The notes: generated from the letters alone by a model not told the origin. A stretch of 64,000 bases of DNA from an uncultured Chthonomonadaceae bacterium (GCA_963835065.1 CAWIEK010000044.1:352001-416000), one strand, 5' to 3'. Counted from the first letter of the stretch, positions 1 to 10,780 are shown. A program made the numbers and translations.

Positions 1-819
1 CATAACGGTACTCTGAACGGCTGTACGCGCCTGGGGCGTGACGCCCAAACCTGCCAGCAGGACATGCGCCATGACGCGATTTCCTGTCGGGTTCATGTGG
101 ACGCCGTCTACCGTTAAGAGGTTTGCCGTGTCGCCGGTCAGGGCGCGATAATCGTGAATCAGCGTTTTCATCGGTTTCTGGTAATCCACAAATGCGCAGT
201 GATGGACGCGCGCAATGTCGCGCAGGGCGTTGGAATAGCGGGTCAGTCGGGCGTTTTCGGGGCTGTCAAGGTCTTCGTAAATCAGGGTAGGCGACAAAAT
301 CACCACTTGCGCTTTTATGCCCTGCGCCCGCGTGACCATTTCTTCCACATTGCGCTTGTAATCTTCGAGCGGTACGCCAGCAGGTAAATTGCCTTCGGGA
401 TAATCGCGGCCATGCGCAAAGTCCCGGAACGCATGCCACACGTCGTTGACGCCCACGCTGATCGTCACCAGATCGGGCGACTTATCCAGCACGTCTCTTT
501 GATACCGCGCCAGCATGTCATTGGACTTGTGCCCCGAAATGCCCGCATTGATGACCGTGATGTTCTGCTGCGGGTACAGCGCCTGCAAGTAGTGCCGCGT
601 CAGCCACACATAGCCGCCCGGCCCTTCCCCGCCCTGCGTGATGCTGTCGCCCAAACAGACAATCCGATGCACATTTGCCAGCAGGGGCGGCACGGCTGTA
701 TTTGCGGCTGCCGCTTGGCCTGTCTCCTGCGTGTTCGCGCGGTTCCGCGTTGTCGCTGTGAACAGCGCTGCCAGTGTCAGGCTGAGAAATACAATTCTGT
801 GTTTTGTGAATGTCAACAT
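1..819 (-). CDS. SGNH/GDSL hydrolase with signal peptide (3' end runs off the window)
   Basis: Manual translation from ATG at 819: MLTFTKHRIVFLSLTLAALF...IVCLGDSITQ...NAGISG...SVGVND...TVDGVHMN, matching SGNH blocks I, II, III and V. Confidence 0.9.
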   Translation of the reverse strand, partial: MLTFTKHRIVFLSLTLAALFTATTRNRANTQETGQAAAANTAVPPLLANVHRIVCLGDSITQGGEGPGGYVWLTRHYLQALYPQQNITVINAGISGHKSNDMLARYQRDVLDKSPDLVTISVGVNDVWHAFRDFAHGRDYPEGNLPAGVPLEDYKRNVEEMVTRAQGIKAQVVILSPTLIYEDLDSPENARLTRYSNALRDIARVHHCAFVDYQKPMKTLIHDYRALTGDTANLLTVDGVHMNPTGNRVMAHVLLAGLGVTPQARTAVQSTVM

Positions 820-839
820 TCTTTTTTCCTTGTTCTGAA

Positions 840-2969
840 CTATCGCGCGCGCAGCAACACCGCGCCATGCGGCCCAACTGTTGTTTCGATCCCATCCGCC
901 TGAACAGGCACATCTCTGCGCTGCCATACATCCCGAACTGTTTTTACCTTTGCCAGCCCAATGTCCGACCAGCGAACGCGAACGGGCATGGAAACGCGCA
1001 GGCGGTTGAACAGGCCGATCACATGCGAGCCGTCCGCCAATTCGCGCGTCCAGATTTCCGTTCCGGCTGTTCCTCCGGGCTGCGGCAGGCGGACGGCCTG
1101 TTTGCCTCCCGCGTCCTGATTGATGGCAAGAACCTCATCGTTGGTGAGGAGGGAAAGCGTCCAGGCGTCGTTGTCGGGCAGGTTCATACCCAACATCAGG
1201 GGCGAAGGAGCCAGCGCCCACAGGGACATCATGGTAATTTGCTCGTCTTTCGTCAGGCGCGTGGTTCGATCCTGCCCGACGCTGCGATTGCCGACCGAAA
1301 GATGGCCGAGCGGAATCATATCGGCGTCCGGCCAATGTCCCGGCCCGCCGTTCCCCTGCCAGCGGGCAATCAGATCGAATTGGTGGCTGACCGCGCTCCA
1401 CTCGTCCCAAAAATCCCCCGATATGCGCCACAGATTGGCCTGCGCTGTCACGTGTTTGGCCTGTTCAACGGGCGTATCCCCCGGCGATAGGCTGAACGCA
1501 ATCGCTCGCCCGCATTTATCTATGGCTTTGCGCACGGCTTCGATTTCCCCGGCGGAATACGGGGCCGACATATCATCCACTTTGATGTAATCCACGCCCC
1601 ATTCGGCATATTGGCGCAGTATGGAATCGTACCACGCCTGCCCCGCCGGTTTACCGGTATCCACGCCGTACATATCGGGACACCAGGGGCAAACGCTTGC
1701 GGTATTGGCGGCATCGGCGGCGTGAAACTCAGTGCCCTGTATGGGCAAATTCTGTTTCACGGCCTGACGCGGAATGCCGCGCATGATGTGGATGCCGAAC
1801 TTCAAGCCCATCTGGTGAATCGTGTCGGCAAGGGGTTTGAAACCTTTGCTTTCAATTGCGGACGGGAAGCGATTGGGCGCGGGTTCCAGCCGCCCGAACG
1901 TATCCATTGTCAGCGCGGCATCTTGGTGCGAATTGGGATCGTTAGGCTTTTTGGCCGCGTCGGGATCGTACCAGCGGTAATCCACAATCACGTACTCCCA
2001 CCCATGCGGCAGCAGATTGTCGCGCATGTAGCGGGCGTTCGCCAGAATTTCCGATTCGATCACGTTGTCGCCAAAACAATCGTAACTGTTCCAGCCCAAG
2101 GGCGGCGTCAGGCATACGGTTTGGCCTGATACGAGTTGTATTTTGCGCGTGTCGGTCCCGATTGCGTTTTTGGCGTTCAGTGTCAGTGTTTGCGTTCCCG
2201 GCTGCGCTATTGTCCCGCGTATCTGCCCCGTTTCCGCATCCAGTTTAAGGCCGACGGGCAATCCTTTTGCCGTATAGCGCATGGGCGGCTGTCCGAACGC
2301 GCTTACGGTGAACAGAACGGGCGTGTTCGGACGCAGGCCGATAATGCCGGGTGACGTGATTTGCGGTTTTGCGGGCAGTGTGGACGGCGCGATGGTTGGA
2401 TTGGAAGGCGCAAGTTTCAGCGTTCGGGGCATTGCGCCTGTCACGGTAAACGCGGCATCCGCCCAATCCGCATGGTCGTACTCGAAGCCATCGCCCCCAT
2501 CCCCAACAAGCAGCGCGAGTTGCCGAACGCCCGTCATATCTACGTCAACATGCCTGGGTTCCTGCCCGCCGCGCATCACGCCACTGCTCCACAGCAGTTT
2601 GCCGTCGCCCACAATCTGAAATTCCGCGCTGCCACGCTTGTTGGTTTCGTCGTCAATGCCGACCCAGGCCGTAAAGCGCGTCGCGCCGCCGTTCAGGTCA
2701 ATCAGCATATCTCCCGGCGAGTGCGTTCCCAATCCATGCTCGAAATGCCGTCCGGCTATGGTAATCGGGTGCATATCCACAGATTTATCTATCTGCGGCT
2801 TACCCCACCCTTGCTCTACAGCGGACAAGTCCAGTGACGCAAGCCGAACCGTTTCCGCCGCCGAAGCAGCGCGCGTCTGCAACGCTCCAAACAACAAAAA
2901 GCTGGACAGCAGCAGCCATTTAAGCGGTTGGCTGCGCCTGTATATGCGTGAATTAGAGAATTTGTTCAT
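840..2969 (-). CDS. GH27 alpha-galactosidase with N-terminal NPCBM and Ig-like domains
   Basis: Signal peptide; NPCBM-like GWGKPQIDKS...GLGTH...DHADWADA; GH27 motifs TPPLGWNSY, WGVDYIKVD, WRISGD, WPDADM. Confidence 0.9.
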   Translation of the reverse strand: MNKFSNSRIYRRSQPLKWLLLSSFLLFGALQTRAASAAETVRLASLDLSAVEQGWGKPQIDKSVDMHPITIAGRHFEHGLGTHSPGDMLIDLNGGATRFTAWVGIDDETNKRGSAEFQIVGDGKLLWSSGVMRGGQEPRHVDVDMTGVRQLALLVGDGGDGFEYDHADWADAAFTVTGAMPRTLKLAPSNPTIAPSTLPAKPQITSPGIIGLRPNTPVLFTVSAFGQPPMRYTAKGLPVGLKLDAETGQIRGTIAQPGTQTLTLNAKNAIGTDTRKIQLVSGQTVCLTPPLGWNSYDCFGDNVIESEILANARYMRDNLLPHGWEYVIVDYRWYDPDAAKKPNDPNSHQDAALTMDTFGRLEPAPNRFPSAIESKGFKPLADTIHQMGLKFGIHIMRGIPRQAVKQNLPIQGTEFHAADAANTASVCPWCPDMYGVDTGKPAGQAWYDSILRQYAEWGVDYIKVDDMSAPYSAGEIEAVRKAIDKCGRAIAFSLSPGDTPVEQAKHVTAQANLWRISGDFWDEWSAVSHQFDLIARWQGNGGPGHWPDADMIPLGHLSVGNRSVGQDRTTRLTKDEQITMMSLWALAPSPLMLGMNLPDNDAWTLSLLTNDEVLAINQDAGGKQAVRLPQPGGTAGTEIWTRELADGSHVIGLFNRLRVSMPVRVRWSDIGLAKVKTVRDVWQRRDVPVQADGIETTVGPHGAVLLRAR

Positions 2970-2999
2970 GATGAAAGATTGGGCAAAATAGGAGCGTCA

Positions 3000-3118
3000 C
3001 CGGGGATTGAAAATCCCCGGCAGGAAAGGTCAAGCGTCCTGCGGACGCACAATTTAACAACAGCATCGCGTCCGAAGGACGCCTGTTTTGTGTTGCCGGG
3101 GATTTTCAATCCCCGGCA
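3000..3118. repeat. REP-doublet-like palindromic element, family A
   Basis: ccggggattgaaaatccccgg ... gcgtcctgcggacgc ... gcgtccgaaggacgc ... ccggggattttcaatccccgg; related copies at ~8265, ~10701, ~14848, ~46230. Confidence 0.85.
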
Positions 3119-3132
3119 TGAAAGCGCGTCAT

Positions 3133-4857
3133 TTAGTAAAACCGCCAATCATTCGGGAAATCTCGCTCAATCCCTGCGCCTGTCATCAGCGCGCGCAAAA
3201 TGGCAATGGGCATACAGTTTTCGCGCAGCATTTTGTCGTGGAACTCGCGGTGCGTCATTTGTTCCGTTCCGACGAGTTCCCGGTGCAGGGCGCGGACTTG
3301 CAGGCCGCCGATGAGATACGCGCACTGGTACAGCGCATCGTAGTCGCCGCCGAACGAGCGCCGCACTTCGGCAGTGGCGTTGTCCGGTTCGTGGCCGACA
3401 TCCTGCACCAGCATTTGTACGCACTCCTGCGGCGACATTTGCCCCAGGTGAAAACTCAGGGAAAAGAACACGCGGGCGCAGCGGTGCATCCGCCAGAACA
3501 GCAGGCCGATACGGTCTTCGGGCGTTTGGGCAAATCCTAAATCCCACAGCAGCATTTCCCAGTGCAGCGTCCAGCCTTCCGTCCAGAAGGGCGTATAAAA
3601 GATACGGCGGTACGGGCGAAAACGCTCCTGCGAAAACATTTGCAGATGGTGGCCGGGGATGAGTTCGTGCTGCACGGTGGCGCGGGCAAAGTGGCGGTTG
3701 TTGCCGCGCAGGCTCATGCGTTTTTGCGCGTCCTCCATGTCGTTCGTCGGGAACGAGACGATGATCTCTTCGCCGCCCAAGAAAGAACGGATTGACCTTT
3801 TGCCGTTCGGGTGACATCATTTCCATGCGCCAGCACTCGGCGGCTAACGGGCGGAACGGTCACTAAATCGTTGTCCTGAACATACGCTTCGGCTTCGCGG
3901 GCAAGGGCGCGCGCGAGGGCGGGCTGCTGTCCCGGCGGAACGTGCAGGGTTTTCACATGCTCTATGGCTGCCCGCCAATCCTCGCCAAAACCGAGTTCTT
4001 CCGAAGCGCGGTGCATTTCGCGCAAACACCAGTTCATTTCCTTGCGCCCGATGGTAATCAATTCTTCGGGCGAGTAGGGGATCAGGGCGCGGTTCAGTTC
4101 CTCCCGCAACGCGTCCCGGCCAAGCGGATCGCCGATGATGGCGTCTTCATCCTCCACCCCGGCGATTTCTTTGCGGACGAACGCGCTGAATTCCTCCAAG
4201 CGGGTGTTCAGCGCCCGGTACGGCTTTTCCACCCACCACGTAAACAGGGGATCGTAAGCGTGGTAAAACGCGAACCAGTTTGCCAGCATATCCCGGATGC
4301 CGTCCAGCAGTCCGACGGCGCGATTAGCAACCGTCGGCTTCCAATGGGGCGCATCCTCTTCAAAGTCGGCGGACTTCGCGCTTGTCGTGTCCCTTTATTT
4401 CCGATGTTTCCGACTTGCGCGTTTCCAATTCGGCTTGCAGGCGCTTTTGCGCGTGTTCCAGCGCTTCCGCCGCCTGCGTCAACAGCCGGGCAACGCCGGA
4501 AGGCTCGATGTCTTTTAGTTCGCGGCGGTCATCTTCCAGCGCAAGCAGGGCGGAAGCAAAGGGCAGCAGGGGTTCCATCTCTTCAAACTGCTGCTCCTCC
4601 CGCGCCAGTCGCCAGTTTTCGTGTGCCAGCAGACGTTGGAGCAATACCCAATCGGCCTGATCGTTTCGCGTCAGCGCGTCGAAAGGAAGGGTTTGCAGTG
4701 TCGCCTGCCATTCCGCCAAAAACGCCTGCAATCGGTTCCGGCGGCGCGGCGAACCCGGAGCCGTAAACCGTCGCTGCAGGCAGTTCCAATCCGCTTCAAA
4801 CCGCATCACCAGAGCGGGCATCCGGTCACTATTCGGTTCGGGGAGAATGTCTGTCAT
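3133..4857 (-). CDS. DUF885 family protein, split by frameshifts into three ORFs
   Basis: ORFs 4360-4857, 3714-4289 and 3133-3780 are consecutive; C-terminal part has HELIPGHHLQ, FWTEGWTLHWE and YQCAYLIG motifs typical of DUF885. Confidence 0.8.
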
Positions 4858-4872
4858 AGGTGTTCCATAATT

Positions 4873-5187
4873 TTACGCCTGTTCACATCGGGCGAAGATT
4901 TGCGTGAATTCGCCTTCCATCAATAAATGCGCTACAACCTCATGAATACGCGCTCTGCTTATCTCATCCACCAATACTATGTCACTGTCCCAAAAGTATT
5001 TTCCGTGCAAACACTCCCCTGTGCTTTTGTACTCTTCTACTATGGAGTGGATGTTTGCATAGGTAAAAAAGGCAACCGCCCATCGGCTTCCGTCCTCCAG
5101 CGTGACGATAACATTGGTATTCTCATTAGAAGCGTCCCATTTCCCTTGCCATAATTCGGCTTCAATCCATAACGTGAATGTAGGCAA
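4873..5187 (-). CDS. Small hypothetical protein
   Basis: 104-aa compact ORF, TTG start with upstream GGGAGG, lower GC than neighbours. Confidence 0.7.
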   Translation of the reverse strand: MPTFTLWIEAELWQGKWDASNENTNVIVTLEDGSRWAVAFFTYANIHSIVEEYKSTGECLHGKYFWDSDIVLVDEISRARIHEVVAHLLMEGEFTQIFARCEQA

Positions 5188-5239
5188 TGTGTACCTCCCA
5201 CTTCATTTCGTACAATGCCCCGTCCTCATCCCCGCCCAT

Positions 5240-5652
5240 TCACTGCCCGTACAAGTTGTTCAGGCGGCGTTTCCTGCCCTTCTGTAGCGGCTCGCAACAA
5301 CACGGCTTCTTGTGCCTGCAACGGCTCCGCACTGAAGCGCGTACAAGGCTTTCAGGGGCGGGCAGGTCAGAAGTATTGGCGCGGGTGAGAGGAACAGCAT
5401 TCAAATCTGTGGCTGCTTGTTTCAGGCACATCCTTGTGATATACCCGAACAAAATGTAGCTACTGCACAGTACGATAGTGCCAATGAACCCTAGTATGGA
5501 ATTGCTGTTTGCATCCGAGTGCGGCAAACATTCCGCAGACAATCGCAACTAAACCAGCAACGATACCTCCAACACCGAAAGTTGCTTTCTTGCTTAATAG
5601 CCGCGTATACTCGCCCTTTGCTCACAATCCGCTTCCGTGTCTTCGGCTCCAT
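5240..5652 (-). CDS. Small membrane protein with triple L[LV]R[AP] tail, frameshifted paralog of the adjacent gene
   Basis: Starts MEPKTRKRIVSKG at 5652; across frameshifts contains hydrophobic segments and VPLTRANTSDLPAPESLVRAS...AVLLRAA...PEQLVRA. 3' end approximate. Confidence 0.65.
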
Positions 5653-5690
5653 TCCTGCGCCTCCTGCCTTTGTCCCTCAATCCTGCCCAT

Positions 5691-6200
5691 TCACCGCGCG
5701 CGTAGCAACTGCTCCTCGTGCCTTTCCTGTCCTTCCATTGTGGCCCGGAGCAACACGGCTTCCTGTACCTGCATTGGTTCCTCTGAAGCGCGTACAAGGC
5801 TTTCCGGGGCGGGTAGGTCAGCGGTGTTGGCGCGAGTGAAGGGAACGCCGGGATCGAGACATGTTGCTTTTTTGAGCAAATCACAGCCAAACGTACTCAG
5901 TTCATAGGTTGACCAACCGAACATGACCAGAAGAAAGGAGTTGAAAAACAGTATACCTATCAACTCGCTGAACGGATCCGTTCCTCTGATTTTAACTACA
6001 TACCGACTCAGCAGGAAGTCGCGTGTAGGAAAGCAAAGGTGATACGCGAGAGCCAGCGTAAGCGTTATTGTCGCTGCTCCGCATAGAACCCCCAAAATGG
6101 CGTATCCCACTCCATAGACAGATGTTGTCGCGCGGCTCGTTTGAAGGCGAACATACTCCCCTTTGCTTACAAAGCGCCTGCCCGTCGTTTTTGGTTCCAT
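5691..6200 (-). CDS. Two-TM membrane protein with triple L[LV]R[AP] tail
   Basis: MEPKTTGRRFVSKGEY start after GGAGG; two hydrophobic helices; ends PAPESLVRAS...AVLLRAT...EEQLLRAR. Confidence 0.8.
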   Translation of the reverse strand: MEPKTTGRRFVSKGEYVRLQTSRATTSVYGVGYAILGVLCGAATITLTLALAYHLCFPTRDFLLSRYVVKIRGTDPFSELIGILFFNSFLLVMFGWSTYELSTFGCDLLKKATCLDPGVPFTRANTADLPAPESLVRASEEPMQVQEAVLLRATMEGQERHEEQLLRAR

Positions 6201-6214
6201 CCCTTCGCCTCCTG

Positions 6215-6248
6215 TCCCGGCTGCGTACCAATTGGTACGCAGCCGGGA
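6215..6248. repeat. Perfect 34-bp palindrome
   Basis: tcccggctgcgtaccaa|ttggtacgcagccggga with no spacer. Confidence 0.9.
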
Positions 6249-6280
6249 GGGGTAGATTACAGCGACCCTTTTACCGGTTA

Positions 6281-8207
6281 TCAGCGCTTGGCTGTTTGCC
6301 ACGCGGAATGGAGCGGATGCACGGACAGGGATACCAGTCTGGCATTGCCGCCTTCCGCGTAGACGGCGAGGGATTTGTCTTTCGGGCGCGGCAGGAAGCA
6401 GCTTGTCAGGGACGCCTGCCCCTGATTGCCGAACACTTCCAGCGACGTTCGATCTACCAGCGCCCGCAAAATCACCCGGTTGTTTTGCAGTTTCAGGGGC
6501 GCGGTACGGCCCAGGCAGGCGACGGTTTGCGCTTTGGGGTCGTAGCGGATGTTTTCGCCGCGAACGCGCAGGCCGAACGCGGCGGCATCCCCAACCTCAA
6601 ATTCCGCCTGTATGTCCCACAACTCGCCCGATGTTTCGGAAAGCGGATTGTCGCCCGGTTTCAGCGTCAGGTTCTGCCATTTTTGCTCCTTGCCGTACAA
6701 ATGGGAGATTTCCTTGACGGGCTGGCGGAAGATGCGCAGGCCGTCCGGCGTTTCGTGGAGGGTCATCGCGCAGGGGTAACTCATCTGCTGGTTGAACGGC
6801 ATTTGTGGGTACGCGCCGCCCGCCATCCACGAGATTTGGATGCGCCTGCCGTCACTTGCGGGTATGTCGCTGAAGGTTTGCACGGCGTAATAGTTCGCGC
6901 CGTAATCCACTTGCAGGGGCGTTCCTTCATACGTAAACTTTTTGCCGTCGAACGCGCCGACAAGGTATTTGCCATTTGCCGCTGTAAACACCCACCGCTT
7001 CTCGTTCGGCTTGCCTTCTATGGGCATCTCGAAGAAGTCGGGGCACTCGCCGCAGCCGGGCGTGGTGAAGGTTTGCAGGCGGGTGTAGTGTTTCAAATCC
7101 GGGGAGGCGAAGAGGGCATAATCTTCCCTGTCCAGAAACAGCGCCATGATCCATTGATGCGAGGGCGCGTGCCATACCACTTTCGGGTCGCGGTCTTCGC
7201 CGATGATGTGCGGCAAAACGGGGTTGTCGGGGTATTTTGTCCACGTCCGGCCCCGATCCAGGCTGTACACGATGCGCTGCGAGAACGCCACGCCCTTTGA
7301 TTCCGGCGATGTGTTTCCGGCTGCCGTGTATGTGGCGACAATTGGTTTTTCACTCCCGGTTTGGAAGCCGCTCGTGTTGTTCCAGTCCACAACCGCCGAC
7401 CCGGACCAGATCGGGCCGTATTGATCCGGCACGATGGCGTTGGAAATCTGCTGCCAGTGGTTCATGTCTTTGCTGACCGCATGGCCCCACGACAGATTGC
7501 CCGACTGCAAGCCGAACGGGTTGTGCTGAAAAAACAGATGGTACTCGCCCTTGTAAAACACCATGCCGTTCGGGTCGTTGAGCCAGCCTTTTTGCGCCGA
7601 AAAGTGGAATTGCGGGCGATAGGTTTCCGCGTACAATCTCGTCGGTTTTGATTTCTTCGGCCTGCCGTTGGTCGCTCAGGGTGATCTCGTCTACATTGAT
7701 ATGCCCCCACCCACCCGTTGCGCGGTCTACGATTTCCAGCCGAACGGTTTGGCCTTCCAGTTCACGCACATCCCACGTTTGCCAGTCAAGGCGCTCAGTT
7801 CCTCCCGGCTGCCCGTTGGGGCCGGTGGCGGTGCGGACGATTTTGCCGTCCACAAGCAGGTTCATGCACGTTTCGCCGGGATGCTGACCGCCGCCCATCA
7901 AAAAACTGAGATAGTGGCGCGTGATGGTAAACGGCGGTGACGTGAGCGTTCCCGTTGCGGCATCATTCCCCGCAAACGAGTTGACCAGCCCATGCCCCAA
8001 AAATCCACTGACGGGCATCTGGCCGGGAAGGGTTCCCTGCGCCGGGCCGCTGCCGAAGGCGGTTCCGGTCGCCGTCCACCCGCCGTAATCCTTGCCCTCA
8101 AAATCGGCAATCACGACATCGGGGCGCTGCGGCGACTGGCTGCCAAGCAGCAGCAGCAGTGTTGCCGCGCCTGCCATCGCTTTTAATTTGCTTGCTTTGC
8201 TTGTCAT
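6281..8207 (-). CDS. GH32 beta-fructofuranosidase/levanase with N-terminal accessory domain (frameshift near 7640)
   Basis: WLNDPNG, WSGSAV, RDPKV and ECPD motifs in ORF 6281-7636; signal peptide and DFEG...WGHINVD domain in the upstream frame. Confidence 0.9.
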
Positions 8208-8245
8208 GTGTTTTCTCATCAGTAATTTCAGGAGCCCCGTTGCTT

Positions 8246-8428
8246 TAGAGCCTATCCCACTTGGCCGGGTATTGAAAATACCCGGCAGGAAAGTGCAAGC
8301 GTCTTGCAGACGCAACTTCCAGAAAGCATGGGCGCGTTGGAAAGACGCTTGCTTTGTCCAGACAGGGGTTTTCAACCCCTGCCAACCACACGGGCGCTAT
8401 TTCACAGCAAGCGTTGAAAGTACCCGGC
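8246..8428. repeat. Composite family A element with partial outer shells
   Basis: tagagcctatccca + ccgggtattgaaaatacccgg ... caggggttttcaacccctg ... tatttcacagcaagcgttgaaagtacccgg. Confidence 0.8.
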
Positions 8429-8559
8429 AACAGACAGGAGACGCTCATTTCATAGCAGGCGTTTTATCTGCCGGGTTCTGCGCCGACTAAAACTATAGGA
8501 GTATAGCCGCTTTATTCGCGTTCATTCGCGTTTATTTGCGGCTATATTCCTCTTCGTGT

Positions 8560-10614
8560 CTACCAGATGCGAATCATGCTTGCGCTTGCAGCGCTTGTGT
8601 CTGCCGTGCCGCCACTGCTGAAGGCTTCGCGGAAGGCGGGCGTGTTTGCCAGTGGGCCGAATACGCGCCAGCGGTTGGGCGAGTGCGGGTCGGTTTGGGC
8701 GAGCAGGCGAACGCGCTCCGGCGTGAGTTTGGAGCGCCATATCTGGCCGAAGGCGAGGAAAAACCGCTGTTCGGGCGTGAAGCCGTCAATCAGGGCGGGG
8801 CGCGGCTTGCCTGCCAATGTTTTTTCCAGCGCGAGATAGGCGACGGTCAGGCCACCTAAATCCGCGATGTTTTCGCCTAATGTCAGTTTGCCGTTGACGT
8901 GCAGGTCGTCAATGGCGATGTAGTTGCTGTATTGGTTGGCAAGGGCGGTGCTGCGCTCGGTAAACCGTTTGGCGTCTTCGGGCGTCCACCAGTCTTTTAG
9001 ATTGCCTTCCGCGTCGAACTGCCGGCCTGAATCGTCAAAGCCGTGCGTCATTTCGTGCCCGATGACCGCGCCGATACCGCCGTAATTGCTGGCGTCGTCC
9101 GCTTTCGGGTCGAAGAACGGCGGCTGCAAAATGCCTGCCGGGAACACGATCTCGTTCATGCTCGGATTGTAATAGGCGTTCACGGTGGGCGGCGTCATGC
9201 CCCACTCGTCGCGGTCTACCGGCTTGCCGATCTTGTCCAGGCGGCGCTGGAACTCGAACTCGCTGGCGCGAAAAACGTTCTGCGCGTAGGAGTCGGAGCC
9301 GACTTTCAGGGCGGAATAATCGCGCCACTTGTCGGGGTAGCCGATCTTGATGCGAATGGCGTCCAGTTTGCGCACGGCCTGTACGCGGGTTTCGTCGCCC
9401 ATCCATTCCAGGGTTTGCAGGCGTTCGCGCAGGACGCCTTTCAGGTTTTGCACCAGTTCAAGGGCGCGTTGTTTGGCTTCGGGCGAAAACGCCTGCGCCA
9501 CGTACAGTTGTCCCAACGCTTCGCCAAGCGCGCGGTCGGTGGTCGCCAGTACGCGCTTCCAGCGAACCGCAAGTTGCTTTTGCCCCGTGAACGCGCGGTT
9601 GAAAGCGAAATCTTCTTCCACAAACGGGCGGCTCAGATAGGGCGAGGCCGTCCGCAGCAGATGCCAATTCAGGTACGTTTTCCACTGGTCGAGCGGCACA
9701 TCCGCAAGCATGGTTCCGAATTCCGCAAAGAACGCGGGCTGGCTGACGTTGAGCGGGCCGGGGTCGGCTTTGCCGAGCGTGACGAAGTAGCGCGTCCATT
9801 CGATGTTGGGCGTCTGCGCTTTCAATTCTTCGGGCGTCATTTTGTGGTAGGTGGCATTGGGGTTGCGCATTTCGACGCGGGGCATGGACACTTTCGCCAG
9901 CCGGGTTTCTAAGCGCGAGAATGTTGGCCGCCTGCGCGTCGGCATTGGCTTTGGGCGTCCCGACAAGCGACGAGCGTTCGGGCGATATGGGCGACATACT
10001 GCTGCCGAATCTCTTTGGATTTGGCGTCGTCGCGCAGATAGTAGTCGCGCTCCGGCAGACCAAGCCCGCCCTGCGACAGATTGAGGATTTGGGAGGCGCT
10101 GTCTTTGGCGTCCTGCCGCACCCCCGCGCCAAAACTCGCGCTTACGCCCATCGCGGTGCAGCCGCGCGATTTCGTCAAGGAGCATCCCCTTGTCCTGAAT
10201 TGCCATGATGCGCTGCAATTCGGGTTCGAGAGGCGTCGCGCCAAGCCGGTTGGCAAGCGCTTCGTCCATGCCCACGCGGTAGAACTCGCCCACTTTGCGG
10301 GTCGGGCTGTCGGCGGGCGCGTTGTGGTCGCGGGCCGCTTTTTCCGCAGCGGCATGGGAAATCTTCTGGTTGCGCTCGAAGACTTCCTGAAACACGCCGG
10401 TTCCGGTCAGGTCGGCGGGAATGGTGGCTTTTTCCAGCCACTTGCCGTTGGCATACTGAAAGAAGTCTGTGGTGGGATTGACGCTGCGGTCAATGATGGT
10501 CGGGTCAATGCCGTGATGCTCGCCCGCCCGAACCGCAGAGGGCAGGGTAAGACAGGCTGCCAGTCCCAATGTAAGCCCTAAACGTGAAGGCCGCGAATCG
10601 AAATGAAAAACCAT
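8560..10614 (-). CDS. M13 family metalloendopeptidase (PepO/neprilysin-like) with internal compensating frameshifts
   Basis: DFFQYANGKW, VNAYY, HEMTHGFD, GENIAD, DPHSP; the conserved GGLGLPERDYY segment lies in an alternative frame (about 9915-10150). Confidence 0.92.
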   Translation of the reverse strand: MVFHFDSRPSRLGLTLGLAACLTLPSAVRAGEHHGIDPTIIDRSVNPTTDFFQYANGKWLEKATIPADLTGTGVFQEVFERNQKISHAAAEKAARDHNAPADSPTRKVGEFYRVGMDEALANRLGATPLEPELQRIMAIQDKGMLLDEIARLHRDGRKREFWRGGAAGRQRQRLPNPQSVAGRAWSAGARLLSARRRQIQRDSAAVCRPYRPNARRLSGRPKPMPTRRRPTFSRLETRLAKVSMPRVEMRNPNATYHKMTPEELKAQTPNIEWTRYFVTLGKADPGPLNVSQPAFFAEFGTMLADVPLDQWKTYLNWHLLRTASPYLSRPFVEEDFAFNRAFTGQKQLAVRWKRVLATTDRALGEALGQLYVAQAFSPEAKQRALELVQNLKGVLRERLQTLEWMGDETRVQAVRKLDAIRIKIGYPDKWRDYSALKVGSDSYAQNVFRASEFEFQRRLDKIGKPVDRDEWGMTPPTVNAYYNPSMNEIVFPAGILQPPFFDPKADDASNYGGIGAVIGHEMTHGFDDSGRQFDAEGNLKDWWTPEDAKRFTERSTALANQYSNYIAIDDLHVNGKLTLGENIADLGGLTVAYLALEKTLAGKPRPALIDGFTPEQRFFLAFGQIWRSKLTPERVRLLAQTDPHSPNRWRVFGPLANTPAFREAFSSGGTADTSAASASMIRIW

Positions 10615-10681
10615 GTTCCATCCTCAACTGAAAAGTGAATGTTCGCCGTTGAAATTCGGGGATTGTCCGTCGCAGGGCGTT

Positions 10682-10780
10682 TAAGAACCTATCCCAACAG
10701 GCCGGGTATTGAAAATACCCGGCAGGAAAGTACAAGCGTCTTACAGACGCAAATGCCGCGCCTATTGGGATAGGTTCTAA
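10682..10780. mobile_element. MITE-like element: terminal inverted repeats enclosing half of a family A element
   Basis: agaacctatcccaa ... ttgggataggttct flanking ccgggtattgaaaatacccggcaggaaagtacaagcgtcttacagacgc. Confidence 0.6.
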
